A stretch of DNA of 64,000 nt, taken from the NCBI GenBank assembly GCA_021648485.1, contig JAKISS010000010.1, positions 485 through 64,484 on the forward strand. The letters run 5' to 3'. The notes beneath the pieces are model-generated. The model ran no database searches, was not told the origin of the DNA, and worked only from the letters and a program-made list of their open reading frames with translations. Below, piece after piece: positions 40,449 to 51,440 of the stretch. A program made the translations under genes and the position numbers. The DNA is from Gammaproteobacteria bacterium. Lineage in GTDB: Bacteria > Pseudomonadota > Gammaproteobacteria > SZUA-152. Position 1 is the stretch's first letter. Every line of letters begins with the position of its first letter.

Positions 40449-42715
40449 TATTTTACTTTATCTTTATGGAAGAGTTTATTTTGTGCCTGTCGCGTTTCTG
40501 CGGCGGGTGTCATATCGTTTTTTAAGGCTGGCAAACGTATCACGATTCGTGCGCCACCTTTTGTTCGGTTTTCTGCGTATAGAATGCCGTCATGTTCTTC
40601 GACAATACGCTTAACCACGGCTAATCCCAAACCGCTGCCTTTTGGTTTATTGGTGACATAGGGCTCAAACAGGTTTTCCAGCATATCAGGAGGAATGCCT
40701 GGGCCATTATCTTCAATTTTGATCTCCACAACGTGCTCCGAAGCGTGTTTCACTTCTTGCAAATGAATGTCCACTCTACCCTGCGGTGTATCAGACAGCG
40801 ACTCGATGGCATTACGAATCAGATTATGCAGCAATTGACGAATACGACCGACATCAGCTTCCACCATTGGCGTTGATTCTTTGCCATGTACGTACAACGT
40901 GATTTTCTGCTTTTCCCCCGCGTACAAATCCAGCACTTCACCAATCAGAACTTCCAGCACTAACGGCGATGGCTGTAGTTTTGGTGCGCGCGCATATTCA
41001 GAAAAGGCCTCCACCATGTCTTTCATTGATTGCACCTGCTGCACAATGGTGTGTGTGGAGCGATCCAGCACTTCGGCATCTTCCGGTGCCATTTTGCCAA
41101 GATATTTATGCCGTAAACGTTCTGCGGAAAGCTGAATGGGCGTTAACGGGTTTTTGATTTCGTGTGCCAGTCGTCGCGCCACTTCGCCCCAGGCCGCATC
41201 ACGCTGTGCCTGAATCATCGCCGTCACATCATCGAACACGACGACAAACCCTGATGTCATGCCTTTTGCACCGGGCAGTCTTGCGCCCTGACACATCAGG
41301 GTCTTGTGTCGCCCGAAACCGGTTAATGCAATTTCTTCGCGCCAGTCATCGGCATCATCGTCAATGTGTTTTGCGATGGCAGTAATAAATGTTTTCAGCT
41401 CTGGAGCATCATGTTCAATTTGCGCCAGACTCTTACCCATGGCGGCATCCATATCCTGCTCCAGAATGTGGTTGGCCGCAGCATTGACCGCGCGCATACG
41501 TTGATTTTTATCCAATGTGATAACCCCGGATGAAAGCCGACCCAGCACGGCACGTAAATAGTTTTGCTCACGCTCGGCCCGATGCTGACTTTTTTGTGCA
41601 TCCCGTTGTGCCTCGGAGACCTTGTCGGTCATATCCATAAAAGATTGCACCAATGCACCCAGTTCATCTGTGCGTGTAACCGGCAGTTTTTTCTGATAAT
41701 TACCGGATGCCACGGCGCGTGTACCAATGGCCAGAATGCGTATCGGTGCAACCAGTCGCTGGGCAAAAAAGAAAGCCGCCCACACGGCTGACAACAGGGT
41801 TACCAACAGCACCAGCGACAAAGTAAAACTAAAACTTTGCTTCAGCGGATCACGCAAATATACCAGCTCTTTGTATTGGGTGATGGCCGATTGCACACCC
41901 TCTGCCAGCACACTGACCCGCGCATCTATGGGGTACAACATAAACAATACACGCGGATCAACTGCAGCACTCGACGCATCTATTTGCACTGCGGTGCGAA
42001 TATGTAAGCCCCGATTATCGATAGGAGCCAGCCCCACGTAGTCATGTTTATCGCGCACCTGCGACAAAATCGAGCGACCGGGTTTTTGCGGGATAATGGT
42101 CATGGTGTCAGCGCTTGAGGAGGCAATGACCCGCCCGCTCTGAAATAACAGGGTAAGTTCACTGGCACCACTTTCGTCGCGCAATTCATTCAGTCTGAAC
42201 ATGACGATTGCGTTTGGTGTTTCCCGCAGATCGGCCGCGATGGCTCGTGTTTGCTTGAGCCTGTCACGCATGCGCATATCCAGCGATGAGCGACTCAGTT
42301 CCAGTGAATCTTCCATGGCACGCTCTACCCGTACATCAAACCAGCTGTCGATGCCTTTTTGTAAAAATCCTAACGAGAAATAGAAAACAATGGAAACGGG
42401 CACCAATGCCATAACCACAAATATTATCACCAGCCTGACAGTCAGTCGCGAACCCGTGGCAGCACGACGATACTGGCGTATCAAACGCACTGCATCGACA
42501 CCGATCAAACCCACCAGTACGATCAGTCCCAATACATTGACCACCACCAGCATCACATGCATGCGTCCGAACTGGCTGGAGTTTTCTGTTGCCGCGCTCA
42601 ACAACCATAATGAGCCGAGCATAAAAATGGCCATGATGATGACCGGCACCACGCTGGTGGACATACGCCGCAGCCATACCAGTAATTTACCCATCACAGT
42701 CTGTCTGCTGCGCAA
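40448..42715 (-). CDS. ntrY: NtrY-type sensor histidine kinase (multi-TM, HAMP, PAS, HisKA, HATPase)
   Basis: H-box RRLAHEIKNPLTPI, N-box and G-boxes (DNGPGI, GSGLGLA). TAATG overlap with ntrX. Confidence 0.75.
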   Translation of the reverse strand: MRSRQTVMGKLLVWLRRMSTSVVPVIIMAIFMLGSLWLLSAATENSSQFGRMHVMLVVVNVLGLIVLVGLIGVDAVRLIRQYRRAATGSRLTVRLVIIFVVMALVPVSIVFYFSLGFLQKGIDSWFDVRVERAMEDSLELSRSSLDMRMRDRLKQTRAIAADLRETPNAIVMFRLNELRDESGASELTLLFQSGRVIASSSADTMTIIPQKPGRSILSQVRDKHDYVGLAPIDNRGLHIRTAVQIDASSAAVDPRVLFMLYPIDARVSVLAEGVQSAITQYKELVYLRDPLKQSFSFTLSLVLLVTLLSAVWAAFFFAQRLVAPIRILAIGTRAVASGNYQKKLPVTRTDELGALVQSFMDMTDKVSEAQRDAQKSQHRAEREQNYLRAVLGRLSSGVITLDKNQRMRAVNAAANHILEQDMDAAMGKSLAQIEHDAPELKTFITAIAKHIDDDADDWREEIALTGFGRHKTLMCQGARLPGAKGMTSGFVVVFDDVTAMIQAQRDAAWGEVARRLAHEIKNPLTPIQLSAERLRHKYLGKMAPEDAEVLDRSTHTIVQQVQSMKDMVEAFSEYARAPKLQPSPLVLEVLIGEVLDLYAGEKQKITLYVHGKESTPMVEADVGRIRQLLHNLIRNAIESLSDTPQGRVDIHLQEVKHASEHVVEIKIEDNGPGIPPDMLENLFEPYVTNKPKGSGLGLAVVKRIVEEHDGILYAENRTKGGARIVIRLPALKNDMTPAAETRQAQNKLFHKDKVK

Positions 42716-42724
42716 AACGGCTAA

Positions 42725-43309
42725 TTACAAATCCCATGAGTACCACCCACTGTTCAACCACCACTCACTGGAAATATAGGCCTTAAGCTGCATGGGTACA
42801 GGCAGGCTGCCCAAATCCAGGCGGGAACGGGCACGCACCTTGTAATGTTCGTTTGGTTGCAACAAATGGGCATCCAGAATAGGTAACTGTTCAATTTTAC
42901 CCAAGGCATCCAGCGTCGCATCTAATGTGGAATAGACAAATTGAGAGCCGCTGTTGATGTTGCGCAATAAATATTGATCGGCCAGCGTGTGGTATTGAAT
43001 TTCGTAGCGCTGCTCCAGGCTGGCCAGCACGATGTCCCACAGATAACGACTGGGCGTATAAACCTCGATATCCAGAATGATGGTGAGCGTAACACCATTA
43101 TCCAGCGCCGTTAGTGCCTGCGGCGTGAGTTTTAACTCCAGGTTTGCATTTAGGCGATAAATATTACCGACCAATTCTGTTTTTGCATCATGCACGGTAA
43201 ACAACGGAGTGGCTGCGGTCGCCTCCAGTGCGAGGCCACTGAAAACCAGCAATGCAGCCATTAAGCCGCAGCGCCTGTTTCTGGTGTTTATGCTGTTTTT
43301 TCCAAACAT
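42725..43309 (-). CDS. DUF4390 domain protein
   Basis: Signal peptide. Its position between rsmB and ntrY is the usual context for DUF4390. The family call is from memory. Confidence 0.55.
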   Translation of the reverse strand: MFGKNSINTRNRRCGLMAALLVFSGLALEATAATPLFTVHDAKTELVGNIYRLNANLELKLTPQALTALDNGVTLTIILDIEVYTPSRYLWDIVLASLEQRYEIQYHTLADQYLLRNINSGSQFVYSTLDATLDALGKIEQLPILDAHLLQPNEHYKVRARSRLDLGSLPVPMQLKAYISSEWWLNSGWYSWDL

Positions 43310-44592
43310 GCGTAATAAAACCCGTCCATACCGTTGTTTCCCGTCAGCACTTGTTGTCCCACCTTGGCGGGTATCCCCCAGGGTACGTTTATTGTTTTGG
43401 GCTGCACATCCGACTGTCTGCCCACAAATGCCGTTATTTGTCTGGCGTTTTCTTCAGGTAATACCGAACACGTCGCGTACACCAGCATACCGCCAGGCTT
43501 GAGCAGGGGCCAGATGGCATCCAGTATTTGTGCCTGCAACGTCACCAGCTTTTTGATATCGGATTCACGGCGTAATAATTTGATGTCGGGATGGCGACGG
43601 ATCACTCCGGTAGCCGAGCAGGGTGCATCCAGCAGAATACGATCAAACGCTTGACCATCCCACCATTCTTTGGGCGTACAGGCATCACCCACAATACATT
43701 GGGCAGTTTTGCCCAAGCGTTGCAGATTCTCCTCCACTCGTTGCAGACGAGCGGCATCCACATCCACCGCCACCATTTCCACTTCGGCCAGCTCCAGCAT
43801 GTGCGCGGTTTTACCGCCAGGTGCTGCGCACACATCAAGCACACGCTGCCCTGATTTCAACGCCATCAAACCCGCTGCCTGTTGCGCGGCTTCGTCCTGC
43901 ACCGATAGCCAGCCCTCGGTAAAACCCGGCAATACTGTCACATCCTGCGGGTGTTCGAGTCGAATAGCGCTTGCGGTGAATTCACTACAACTGGCCGCAA
44001 TGTCATTTTCTTTCAATCGCTGCACATAGTCATTTGCGCTGATTTTTGCCGTGTTGATGCGCAGACACATGGGAGGGCGCTGATTATTGGCCATCAGTAT
44101 CGCCTGCCAGTCTGTGGGCCAGGCCTCGCGTAGCGCGTTAATCAACCATTGCGGGTGTGACCAGAGCCCCTCCTCCGAGGCATCGGCTTGCGCCAATAAC
44201 TTTTCCTGCTGACGCTGAAAGTTACGCAACACACCATTTACCATACCCCGTGCCCAGATTTTTTTAAGGGTCACCGTAGCGGCCACCGTTTCTGACACAG
44301 CGGCATGATCCGGCACCCGCATGCGCATTAACTGATACAGACCCAGTAACAACAGTGCCTGTACGTCTGCATCTTTTTCTTTCAGCGGCTTTTTTAACAA
44401 GCTGGCGACTATGAGTGACAAACGATGATATTCGCGCAGCACGCCGTAACACATCTCCTGAATCAGCGCGCGATCATCGCCAAGCGCAGGTGGTACATCT
44501 TCCATGGCGCGGGACAGGGAGCGCCCATCGCGGGTGACCTGACTAAGAATGCGTGCAGCCGTGGCTCGCGGGTTTTGTTTTGATGGGGGCAT
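43288..44592 (-). CDS. rsmB: 16S rRNA (cytosine967-C5)-methyltransferase
   Basis: NusB-like N-terminus aligns to E. coli RsmB from MPPSKQNPRATAARIL. MTase motifs DVCAAPGGKT, DAPCSATG and TCS. Confidence 0.9.
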   Translation of the reverse strand: MPPSKQNPRATAARILSQVTRDGRSLSRAMEDVPPALGDDRALIQEMCYGVLREYHRLSLIVASLLKKPLKEKDADVQALLLLGLYQLMRMRVPDHAAVSETVAATVTLKKIWARGMVNGVLRNFQRQQEKLLAQADASEEGLWSHPQWLINALREAWPTDWQAILMANNQRPPMCLRINTAKISANDYVQRLKENDIAASCSEFTASAIRLEHPQDVTVLPGFTEGWLSVQDEAAQQAAGLMALKSGQRVLDVCAAPGGKTAHMLELAEVEMVAVDVDAARLQRVEENLQRLGKTAQCIVGDACTPKEWWDGQAFDRILLDAPCSATGVIRRHPDIKLLRRESDIKKLVTLQAQILDAIWPLLKPGGMLVYATCSVLPEENARQITAFVGRQSDVQPKTINVPWGIPAKVGQQVLTGNNGMDGFYYACLEKTA

Positions 44593-44714
44593 TAGAATGC
44601 GTGGGTGAGCACAAAAAACGCGCCCACCCTGTGACCTCTGTTCACGAACAGATTCCTGAATTACAGACGTAGGGCGGGCACGTTTTTTGTGGCCACACAG
44701 ATTCTGGCAATACA

Positions 44715-45653
44715 TTATCCAAGTTGAACACCCAATAAACGATGGGCATTGAGAAATTGCCCGGCATCCAGTGCTTTGCCACCAGGCAGCTGCAATTGAT
44801 GAATGCGCAATACACCGTCGCCAGTAGCGACATCGATACCCTCACGGGATTCGGCCAGCACGGTGCCCGGTGTTGCATTGCTGCCCTCACCAATGGCCTC
44901 GGCCAACCAGATGCGCAGATTTTTATCGTCAACACGGGTGAAAGCCACCGGCCAGGGATTAAAAGCACGTACAGTACGCGACAACACCTGTGCCGATTGT
45001 GTCCAGTTAATTTCCGCCTCAGCTTTTTGCAGTTTCTCAGCATAGTTGGCATCAGCATCGTTTTGTTTTTCCGGTACTGCGCTACCATCAGCCAGCAATT
45101 TCAGAGTATTGCACAGAGCCGTCGCTCCCAAAACAGCCAGCTTGTCGTGCAAAGTCTCAGCCGTATCGGTGCTTTTAATGGGGCACACGACCTTGTGCAG
45201 CATGTCGCCGGTATCCAGACCTGCGTCCATTTGCATAATGGTAACGCCGGTTTGCTCGTCTCCCGCCAGAATTGCCCGCTGAATAGGCGCAGCACCACGC
45301 CAGCGTGGCAGTAACGAAGCATGCACATTGATACAGCCCAGACGTGGCGCAACCAACACCGGTTCGGGCAGGATCAGTCCATAGGCCACCACCACCAGCA
45401 CATCAGCCTGCCAGTCCGCCAGTATTTGCTGGGCTTGTTCGTCACGCAGACTCACCGGTTGCAGTACGGGCAGATTATGTGACTGTGCCAATGCTTTCAC
45501 CGGACTGGCGGTAAGTTTGCGGCCACGACCCGCCGGGCGATCCGGCTGGGTGTACACTGCCAGCACGTCATGTTTGGCATTCAACAACGCTTGCAAACTG
45601 CTGGCCGCAAATGCCGGGGTACCGGCAAAAATAATTTTCAAGCTTTCGGCCAC
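44715..45653 (-). CDS. fmt: Methionyl-tRNA formyltransferase
   Basis: [11 protein letters not shown]..., [15 protein letters not shown]. Confidence 0.95.
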   Translation of the reverse strand: MAESLKIIFAGTPAFAASSLQALLNAKHDVLAVYTQPDRPAGRGRKLTASPVKALAQSHNLPVLQPVSLRDEQAQQILADWQADVLVVVAYGLILPEPVLVAPRLGCINVHASLLPRWRGAAPIQRAILAGDEQTGVTIMQMDAGLDTGDMLHKVVCPIKSTDTAETLHDKLAVLGATALCNTLKLLADGSAVPEKQNDADANYAEKLQKAEAEINWTQSAQVLSRTVRAFNPWPVAFTRVDDKNLRIWLAEAIGEGSNATPGTVLAESREGIDVATGDGVLRIHQLQLPGGKALDAGQFLNAHRLLGVQLG

Positions 45654-45691
45654 AGTGTTTCCTTCTGGAGGGTTGTCTGGAAATTATGCCA

Positions 45692-46195
45692 TCACATCGT
45701 GTGCTGGCGCATTTTTTCCATTTTTTTACGAATACGCTTGCGTTTCATTTCCGACAGATAATCCACAAACAGCTTGCCATCGAGGTGATCTATTTCGTGC
45801 TGCACACACACCGCCAGCAGGTCATCTACCGTCAATTCCTGCGTATTTCCATCACGGTCCAGATAGCGCACGGTGATCTCTTTTGCCCGGGAGACGGGCT
45901 CATAAATACCCGGCACGGACAGGCAGCCCTCATCCATTTTTTCATTACCACTGTGCTCAACGATCTCCGGATTGATGAAACATTTCGGCTGACTTTTGTC
46001 TTCCGAAATATCGATAACGATTACCCGCTTCAGTACGTTCACCTGCACCGCCGCCAGGCCAATGCCCGGCGCACTGTACATGGTCTCGAACATGTCATCC
46101 ACCAATGTTCGGATGCTGTCGTCCACCGACACCACCGGTGCGGCTTTTTGACGTAATTTAGGATCGGGAAATTGTAAAATAGTGAGTATGGACAT
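45692..46195 (-). CDS. def: Peptide deformylase
   Basis: [14 protein letters not shown] and HEIDHL motifs. Start moved to ATG 46195. Confidence 0.95.
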   Translation of the reverse strand: MSILTILQFPDPKLRQKAAPVVSVDDSIRTLVDDMFETMYSAPGIGLAAVQVNVLKRVIVIDISEDKSQPKCFINPEIVEHSGNEKMDEGCLSVPGIYEPVSRAKEITVRYLDRDGNTQELTVDDLLAVCVQHEIDHLDGKLFVDYLSEMKRKRIRKKMEKMRQHTM

Positions 46196-46549
46196 GTGAA
46201 CTCGGTCAAATTCGGGGTAACAGGCAAAAGATATGATAATCGCTGCCGACATTATACCCAAAGCAATGAAGATTTAGGTGAATAGTGTGCGCCTTGTTTG
46301 TTTTATGACCAGACAAATGAAATAAACAGGGCATGCCATAACACCCGAATCACCATCATTTTGAACACATATTTGGCAAAGACTTGTGACATCAATAAAT
46401 GGCACTGCTCAAAAACACGCAAAAATGATACATTCAAATCAGGTTTAGCATTTACGCTTATCCTGTTAATTTTAAAATGCTTCGCTGGAGTCTGGAATAT
46501 GATTCGTCTAAACTCGGGCAAACTGATAAACAGAGGGATCATCGTGTTG

Positions 46550-47629
46550 ATGAAAGTATTATCTGTTAAAAAAAATCTGGCCTTTAAAAAGTTTTTGGGT
46601 CTGATCATTCTGGGTCTGGCCATCACCGGTAGCGTAGCGCTGGCGGATACTATCAAACTCAAAGCTGATCACCCGGATAAATATACGGTGGTGAAGGGTG
46701 ATACCCTCTGGGATATCTCCGCGCATTTTTTGCAAAGCCCATGGAAATGGCCCGAAGTATGGAGCTATAACCCGCAAATCGAAAACCCTCACCTTATTTA
46801 TCCCGGTGATGTGGTGTATCTCGAATATGACGCCCAGGGACGACCGGTTTTGCGCGTCAGCCGTGGTCAGGCCACTGTAAAAATGTCGCCACAGGTACAC
46901 TCCACCCGTGTTGATACCCCCATTGCCAGCATTCCACTCAACGCCATTGAACAGTTCCTGGGTGAGCCTCGTGTACTCAATCAGCGCGAAATCGACAATG
47001 CCGGTTATGTGCTCTCCGGTAAAGATGCACGTTTGATGTCTGGTTCCGGTGACCGTATTTATGCCCGAGGCCTGATCCCTGGCGAAGACCCCAACTCCAC
47101 TTATGCCGTACTGCGCATCGGCAAACCCTATCGTAATCCCGGAGCCAAACCGGGAGACATCCTTGGCTACGAAGCCCTGCATGTCGCCGATGCCCAAGTG
47201 GAAGATTTTGGTGATCCCTCCACCCTGCGCGTCAAAGACTCTACCCGTGAAACCCTGGTAGGAGACCGCCTGATTCCTAAAAAGGCCTCGGGGCTTGACC
47301 AGGCATTTATTCCCAAACCACCAGAAATTCCAATGGAAGGTCAGATTATTGCCGTCATTGATGGTGTCTCCCGCGTTGGTCAATTTCAAACCGTAGTGCT
47401 TAACCAGGGCGAACAGGATGGCTTGGAAACCGGGCATGTGCTGGCGGTATTCCGGGCAGGCAAAGTCGTGCGTGACTACAATGCTAAAAAACGCGGTGAA
47501 GAAGTCACTTTGCCAGATCAGCGCGCCGGTATTGTACTGGTATATCGTACCTTTGACCGCGTCAGCTATGCGCTGGTCATGGAAGCTGAACGCGACATGG
47601 CAGTGTATGATTACGTGCGGAATCCATAA
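46550..47629 (+). CDS. LysM peptidoglycan-binding domain protein
   Basis: Signal peptide from MKVLSVKK..., LysM motif YTVVKGDTLWDISAHFL. In the conserved position upstream of dprA. Confidence 0.8.
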   Translation: MKVLSVKKNLAFKKFLGLIILGLAITGSVALADTIKLKADHPDKYTVVKGDTLWDISAHFLQSPWKWPEVWSYNPQIENPHLIYPGDVVYLEYDAQGRPVLRVSRGQATVKMSPQVHSTRVDTPIASIPLNAIEQFLGEPRVLNQREIDNAGYVLSGKDARLMSGSGDRIYARGLIPGEDPNSTYAVLRIGKPYRNPGAKPGDILGYEALHVADAQVEDFGDPSTLRVKDSTRETLVGDRLIPKKASGLDQAFIPKPPEIPMEGQIIAVIDGVSRVGQFQTVVLNQGEQDGLETGHVLAVFRAGKVVRDYNAKKRGEEVTLPDQRAGIVLVYRTFDRVSYALVMEAERDMAVYDYVRNP

Positions 47630-47679
47630 CGCTTTTCAAAACGAAAACCTCAGCACCCGGCCCATGGAGGGGCTTCGCT

Positions 47680-48864
47680 TTGGGTATATTCCACGATTCT
47701 TCACAACATCCGGGCGCTACACCGCCCCTTGCGCCACACACAGTTTCCGAGTCCGTAGCCATACCCGATACCGACTCCCTGCGTTACTGGCTTGCCCTTC
47801 TGCACGCCCCAGGAGTCGGCGCGATTCGTTTTTTGCGCATCCTTGAACATGAGCCTGATCTGCCCCGGTTTTTTGCGAATCGTGGAACCTCCAGTAATGA
47901 GTTGAGACTCCCATCCAAGTTGCACCGCTATCTGGCAAAGCCTAATTGGCAGGCCGTGGACGCTGCGCTGGCCTGGGCCGAAGACAGGCACTGCTACATC
48001 ATTGGCCTGCTTGACCCTCGATATCCCGCACTACTGAAAGAAATTCCTGATCCACCCCCTATTTTGTTTGTGCGTGGTGATATTAATCTGCTTACTCAGC
48101 CCCAGCTGGCCATAGTGGGCAGCCGCAATCCCAGCGCCAGCGGTTCCCAGCTTGCCCATGATTTTGCCGCTTCACTGACCCGCCATGGTCTGACAATTAC
48201 CAGCGGCCTGGCGCTGGGAATTGATGCTGCAAGTCATCAGGGCGCGCTGAATGCCGACGGCAAAACTATTGCCGTGGCAGGCACCGGGCTGGATCGTATT
48301 TATCCGGCTCGGCACCGGGAGCTGGGGCACCACATCGCTGAACAAGGAGCGCTGGTCAGTGAATTTCCACCCGGCACACCCCCTATCGCCAGTAATTTTC
48401 CACGCCGCAACCGTATTATCAGCGGGCTTAGCCTGGGTGTACTGGTCATCGAAGCCGCACTAAAAAGTGGTTCATTAATTACCGCACGACTCGCCTCCGA
48501 ACAGGGGCGTGAGGTATTTGCCATTCCCGGCTCTATTCATAACCCGCTGGCCAGGGGCTGTCATATGCTTATCCAGCAAGGAGCCAAACTCACCATGGAA
48601 ATCAGTGACATCCTCGAAGAACTTGCACCATTGGCTGCCTTTGTTGTTGAACATGGGGGTACACCCTCAAACGCCACACCGGTCGGTGAGCCTGTATTTT
48701 CTGACCATCCGTTTCTTGAAAAAATGGGATTTGAACCCATATCCATTGATGCATTGGTAGAACGCAGCGGATTGACGGCAGAGGCCGTTTCCTCCATGCT
48801 GTTGACACTGGAAATACAGGGAATTGTGGCCTCGACGGGCGGCTTGTATAGCCGGATAAGTTGA
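47680..48864 (+). CDS. dprA: DNA processing protein DprA (Smf)
   Basis: Rossmann-like DprA core (AIVGSRNPS..GLALGIDAASHQGAL..VSEFPPGT..FPRRNRIISGLS). TTG start is uncertain. Confidence 0.88.
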   Translation: MGIFHDSSQHPGATPPLAPHTVSESVAIPDTDSLRYWLALLHAPGVGAIRFLRILEHEPDLPRFFANRGTSSNELRLPSKLHRYLAKPNWQAVDAALAWAEDRHCYIIGLLDPRYPALLKEIPDPPPILFVRGDINLLTQPQLAIVGSRNPSASGSQLAHDFAASLTRHGLTITSGLALGIDAASHQGALNADGKTIAVAGTGLDRIYPARHRELGHHIAEQGALVSEFPPGTPPIASNFPRRNRIISGLSLGVLVIEAALKSGSLITARLASEQGREVFAIPGSIHNPLARGCHMLIQQGAKLTMEISDILEELAPLAAFVVEHGGTPSNATPVGEPVFSDHPFLEKMGFEPISIDALVERSGLTAEAVSSMLLTLEIQGIVASTGGLYSRIS

Positions 48865-48948
48865 ATGGGATTTTCAGTTCAGATCGTTGCCACAACCACT
48901 AACAACAGCTAATTTTCATCGCGAAAATACGATATTAAGTAGGTACTC

Positions 48949-49428
48949 ATGAAAGAAGACGTACTCGACGTACTCATGTATCTCTTCGAGAATTATATGG
49001 ATGACGATATCGACATGGAGGCGGATCCCGAAGCCCTCAAAACCCAGCTCCGTGAAGCAGGGTTTCTCAATGCTGAAATCAATAAAGCTTTCACCTGGCT
49101 GGAAGACTTATCGGTGTTGCAAGAAGGTGGCGACACATATGCCTCGTACGGAGGACGCTCCATTCGTATTTTCAGCCCAACAGAAGAAAAAAAACTGGAT
49201 GTCGAATGCCGAGGCTTTTTGATCTTTCTGGAACAAATGGGAGTGCTTACGGATGCCAGCCGCGAACTGGTCATCAACCGCATCATGGCGCTGGAGTCAC
49301 TGGAGATTGACCTTGATCAAGTCAAATGGGTAGTGCTAATGGTGTTATTCAATCAGCCGGGATTGGAAGAAGCCTTTACCTGGATGGAAAACATGGTAAT
49401 GGAAGAGTTTCAGCAGCCATTGCATTAG
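48949..49428 (+). CDS. smg: Smg protein (DUF494)
   Basis: MKEDVLDVLMYLFENY... in the conserved position after dprA. Confidence 0.85.
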   Translation: MKEDVLDVLMYLFENYMDDDIDMEADPEALKTQLREAGFLNAEINKAFTWLEDLSVLQEGGDTYASYGGRSIRIFSPTEEKKLDVECRGFLIFLEQMGVLTDASRELVINRIMALESLEIDLDQVKWVVLMVLFNQPGLEEAFTWMENMVMEEFQQPLH

Positions 49429-49490
49429 GGGGCGTTAATGCCCACAGGCATAGACGATCAGCATCAATGATAGATATTGTTTAAGCACAT

Positions 49491-49537
49491 AAAAGGGAGC
49501 ATTGCTTGATGTTAAGCAATATTCACCCCCCTTTTTT
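49491..49537. terminator. Bidirectional hairpin terminator
   Basis: AAAAGGGAGC-ATTGCTT-GATGTT-AAGCAAT-..CCCCCCTTTTTTT, between convergent smg and the acyltransferase gene. Confidence 0.55.
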
Positions 49538-49547
49538 TACCTGTTCG

Positions 49548-50426
49548 TTAATAAAATTTGTCTTCCCCTTCCGGCCTTGTCTTAAATCGTTTATAAGCCC
49601 ATTGATACTGAGCCGGGTTCTGTAATACACATTGCTCAACAGCCTGATTAAGGCGGGTTGCTTTTTGTATTTCATCACCCTCTGTCAATGCTGAATCCGT
49701 TTTTTGAATATGCAAGTGATACCCCTTACCTTTCGGTAACCGCTCCGCATAAACCATAAACACTGTCGCCCCGCTTTTCGCAGCAAGTCGGGAGATCAAG
49801 GTCATCGTATTGGCCTGTACACCAAAAAAAGGGGCAAATACACCGGAGGTTCGATCCGGTTCCTGGTCAGGCAGAATGGCAACCAGTTCCCCACGTCCCA
49901 ACGCTTTATAAAGAGTCCGCACGCCACCAGCATCAGTGCGCGCCAGAGTAGCGCCCGTCCGTTCACGGGCGTTGCGCATCAGGCTGTCCAGATCCTGAAT
50001 CCGGGGTGGTCGATACAGGGTGGTCATGGGTCCGCAGCGCGAGCAGTAAAGCCCGGCCACTTCCCAGGCACCCAAATGCGGTGCTGCCAGAATCACGCCC
50101 TTGCCACTCGCCATAGCGTCCTTTAGCAATGATGCGCCACTGACATCCTGTATTTTGGCTAGAATATTTTCCGCTGGCCACAGCCAAAGCCCTCCGGTTT
50201 CCAGTGCTGCCTTGGTCGTTTCCTGTAAGCTTTCACGCACCAGCTGGCTGCGTTGTTGTGTCGTCCAGGTGGGGAAACAGCGGTCAATATTGCAGCGGGT
50301 GACGTGTCGCATCTGATTGTTAAAGCGATTCAACAGGCTTCCCAGTCCAGCGCCCAGCGCATGGCTTGCCGACAAAGGCAGCAGGGACGTAAGCCGCAAC
50401 AGCAATTTGATGACAATAATGTGCAT
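49548..50426 (-). CDS. Lipid A biosynthesis (Kdo)2-lipid IVA acyltransferase family protein (LpxL/HtrB-like)
   Basis: LpxL/LPLAT-type sequence (AAPHLGAWE...LPDQEP...F) and length. Confidence 0.75.
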   Translation of the reverse strand: MHIIVIKLLLRLTSLLPLSASHALGAGLGSLLNRFNNQMRHVTRCNIDRCFPTWTTQQRSQLVRESLQETTKAALETGGLWLWPAENILAKIQDVSGASLLKDAMASGKGVILAAPHLGAWEVAGLYCSRCGPMTTLYRPPRIQDLDSLMRNARERTGATLARTDAGGVRTLYKALGRGELVAILPDQEPDRTSGVFAPFFGVQANTMTLISRLAAKSGATVFMVYAERLPKGKGYHLHIQKTDSALTEGDEIQKATRLNQAVEQCVLQNPAQYQWAYKRFKTRPEGEDKFY

Positions 50427-50428
50427 TG

Positions 50429-51259
50429 TTACATACCGGTTTCCAGCGAGGCGGTCGGAGTTTTGTCTAGTGAGTCTGACCAGACGTCAGCTATATTGTC
50501 CTTGTTTCGTGAATAAAACCGGGGATCCATCAGCGGTTTGAGCGTATTCAGCAAACTTTTGAACAACAGTTTGTTATCTTGCTCCTCGGCGGCCAATAAT
50601 GTTTTCATGTGCTGGCGTTGTGTGGGCATCTGAAAACAGGCAGGACAACTATCGGGAATCACTGGCAGCCCGGCGGTTTTGGCAAAAATGGCCGTCTGCT
50701 GCTCTCGCGCATAGACCAGTGGACGGATAATCCGCACATCACCTGCATCATTTTGGTAACAGGCTTTCATGGTGCGCAGCTGTCCGCCATGAAAAGCCGA
50801 TAGCAAAAAGCTTTCCGCGAGATCATCCAGATGTTGACCCAGCGCCAGTACGTTGTAACCTTCATCGCGTAGAATGCGATACATAATGCCGCGTTTAATG
50901 CGTGAGCAAAACGCACAATAAGACGGTTTGCCCATGTGCTTTTTGGCTTGTTCCATAATGGGCTGGGCTTCAAAAAAATACGGAATACCCAGCCCGGCCA
51001 GATAAGGCTTGAGGCGGGCAGGCTCAAAGCCCTCCACCATAGGGTCCACTGTCAACGCACCCACCTCGAAATGCACCGGGGCGCATCGCTGAAAATGCAA
51101 TAATAAATGCAGCAACGAAAGTGAATCTTTACCTCCGGAGAGGCCTACCAGAATACGGTCACCGTCACGGATCATTTTATGGTCACTGATTGCTCGTCCC
51201 ACTGGACGTAACAGGGATTTGGAAAGGAGTGATTCAGGGCGGGGAAATACTTTTTTCAT
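50429..51259 (-). CDS. ttcA: tRNA 2-thiocytidine(32) synthetase
   Basis: PP-loop GLSGGKDS and Cys clusters CAFCSR / CPAC. Confidence 0.9.
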   Translation of the reverse strand: MKKVFPRPESLLSKSLLRPVGRAISDHKMIRDGDRILVGLSGGKDSLSLLHLLLHFQRCAPVHFEVGALTVDPMVEGFEPARLKPYLAGLGIPYFFEAQPIMEQAKKHMGKPSYCAFCSRIKRGIMYRILRDEGYNVLALGQHLDDLAESFLLSAFHGGQLRTMKACYQNDAGDVRIIRPLVYAREQQTAIFAKTAGLPVIPDSCPACFQMPTQRQHMKTLLAAEEQDNKLLFKSLLNTLKPLMDPRFYSRNKDNIADVWSDSLDKTPTASLETGM

Positions 51260-51440
51260 GGGTGCATAGTGTACCTTGTCAGCTATAAGTTCAGGGGGTT
51301 AGCGCTTTGACCCCGGGTAAAAGTTTGAGGCTCAGCCCATTCACGTTAAAAATCCGCCGCACATTACATGATTTTGTTTTGTATATATAATAAAGCGCCC
51401 GGGGATACTCCTGTCACGCATAATAGAGGGTGATGCACGA

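Noticed and set aside
49845-49865. tRNA T-arm-like string GGAGGTTCGATCCGGTTCC.
   Set aside because: It lies inside the well-supported acyltransferase CDS, and no acceptor, D or anticodon arms can be built around it.
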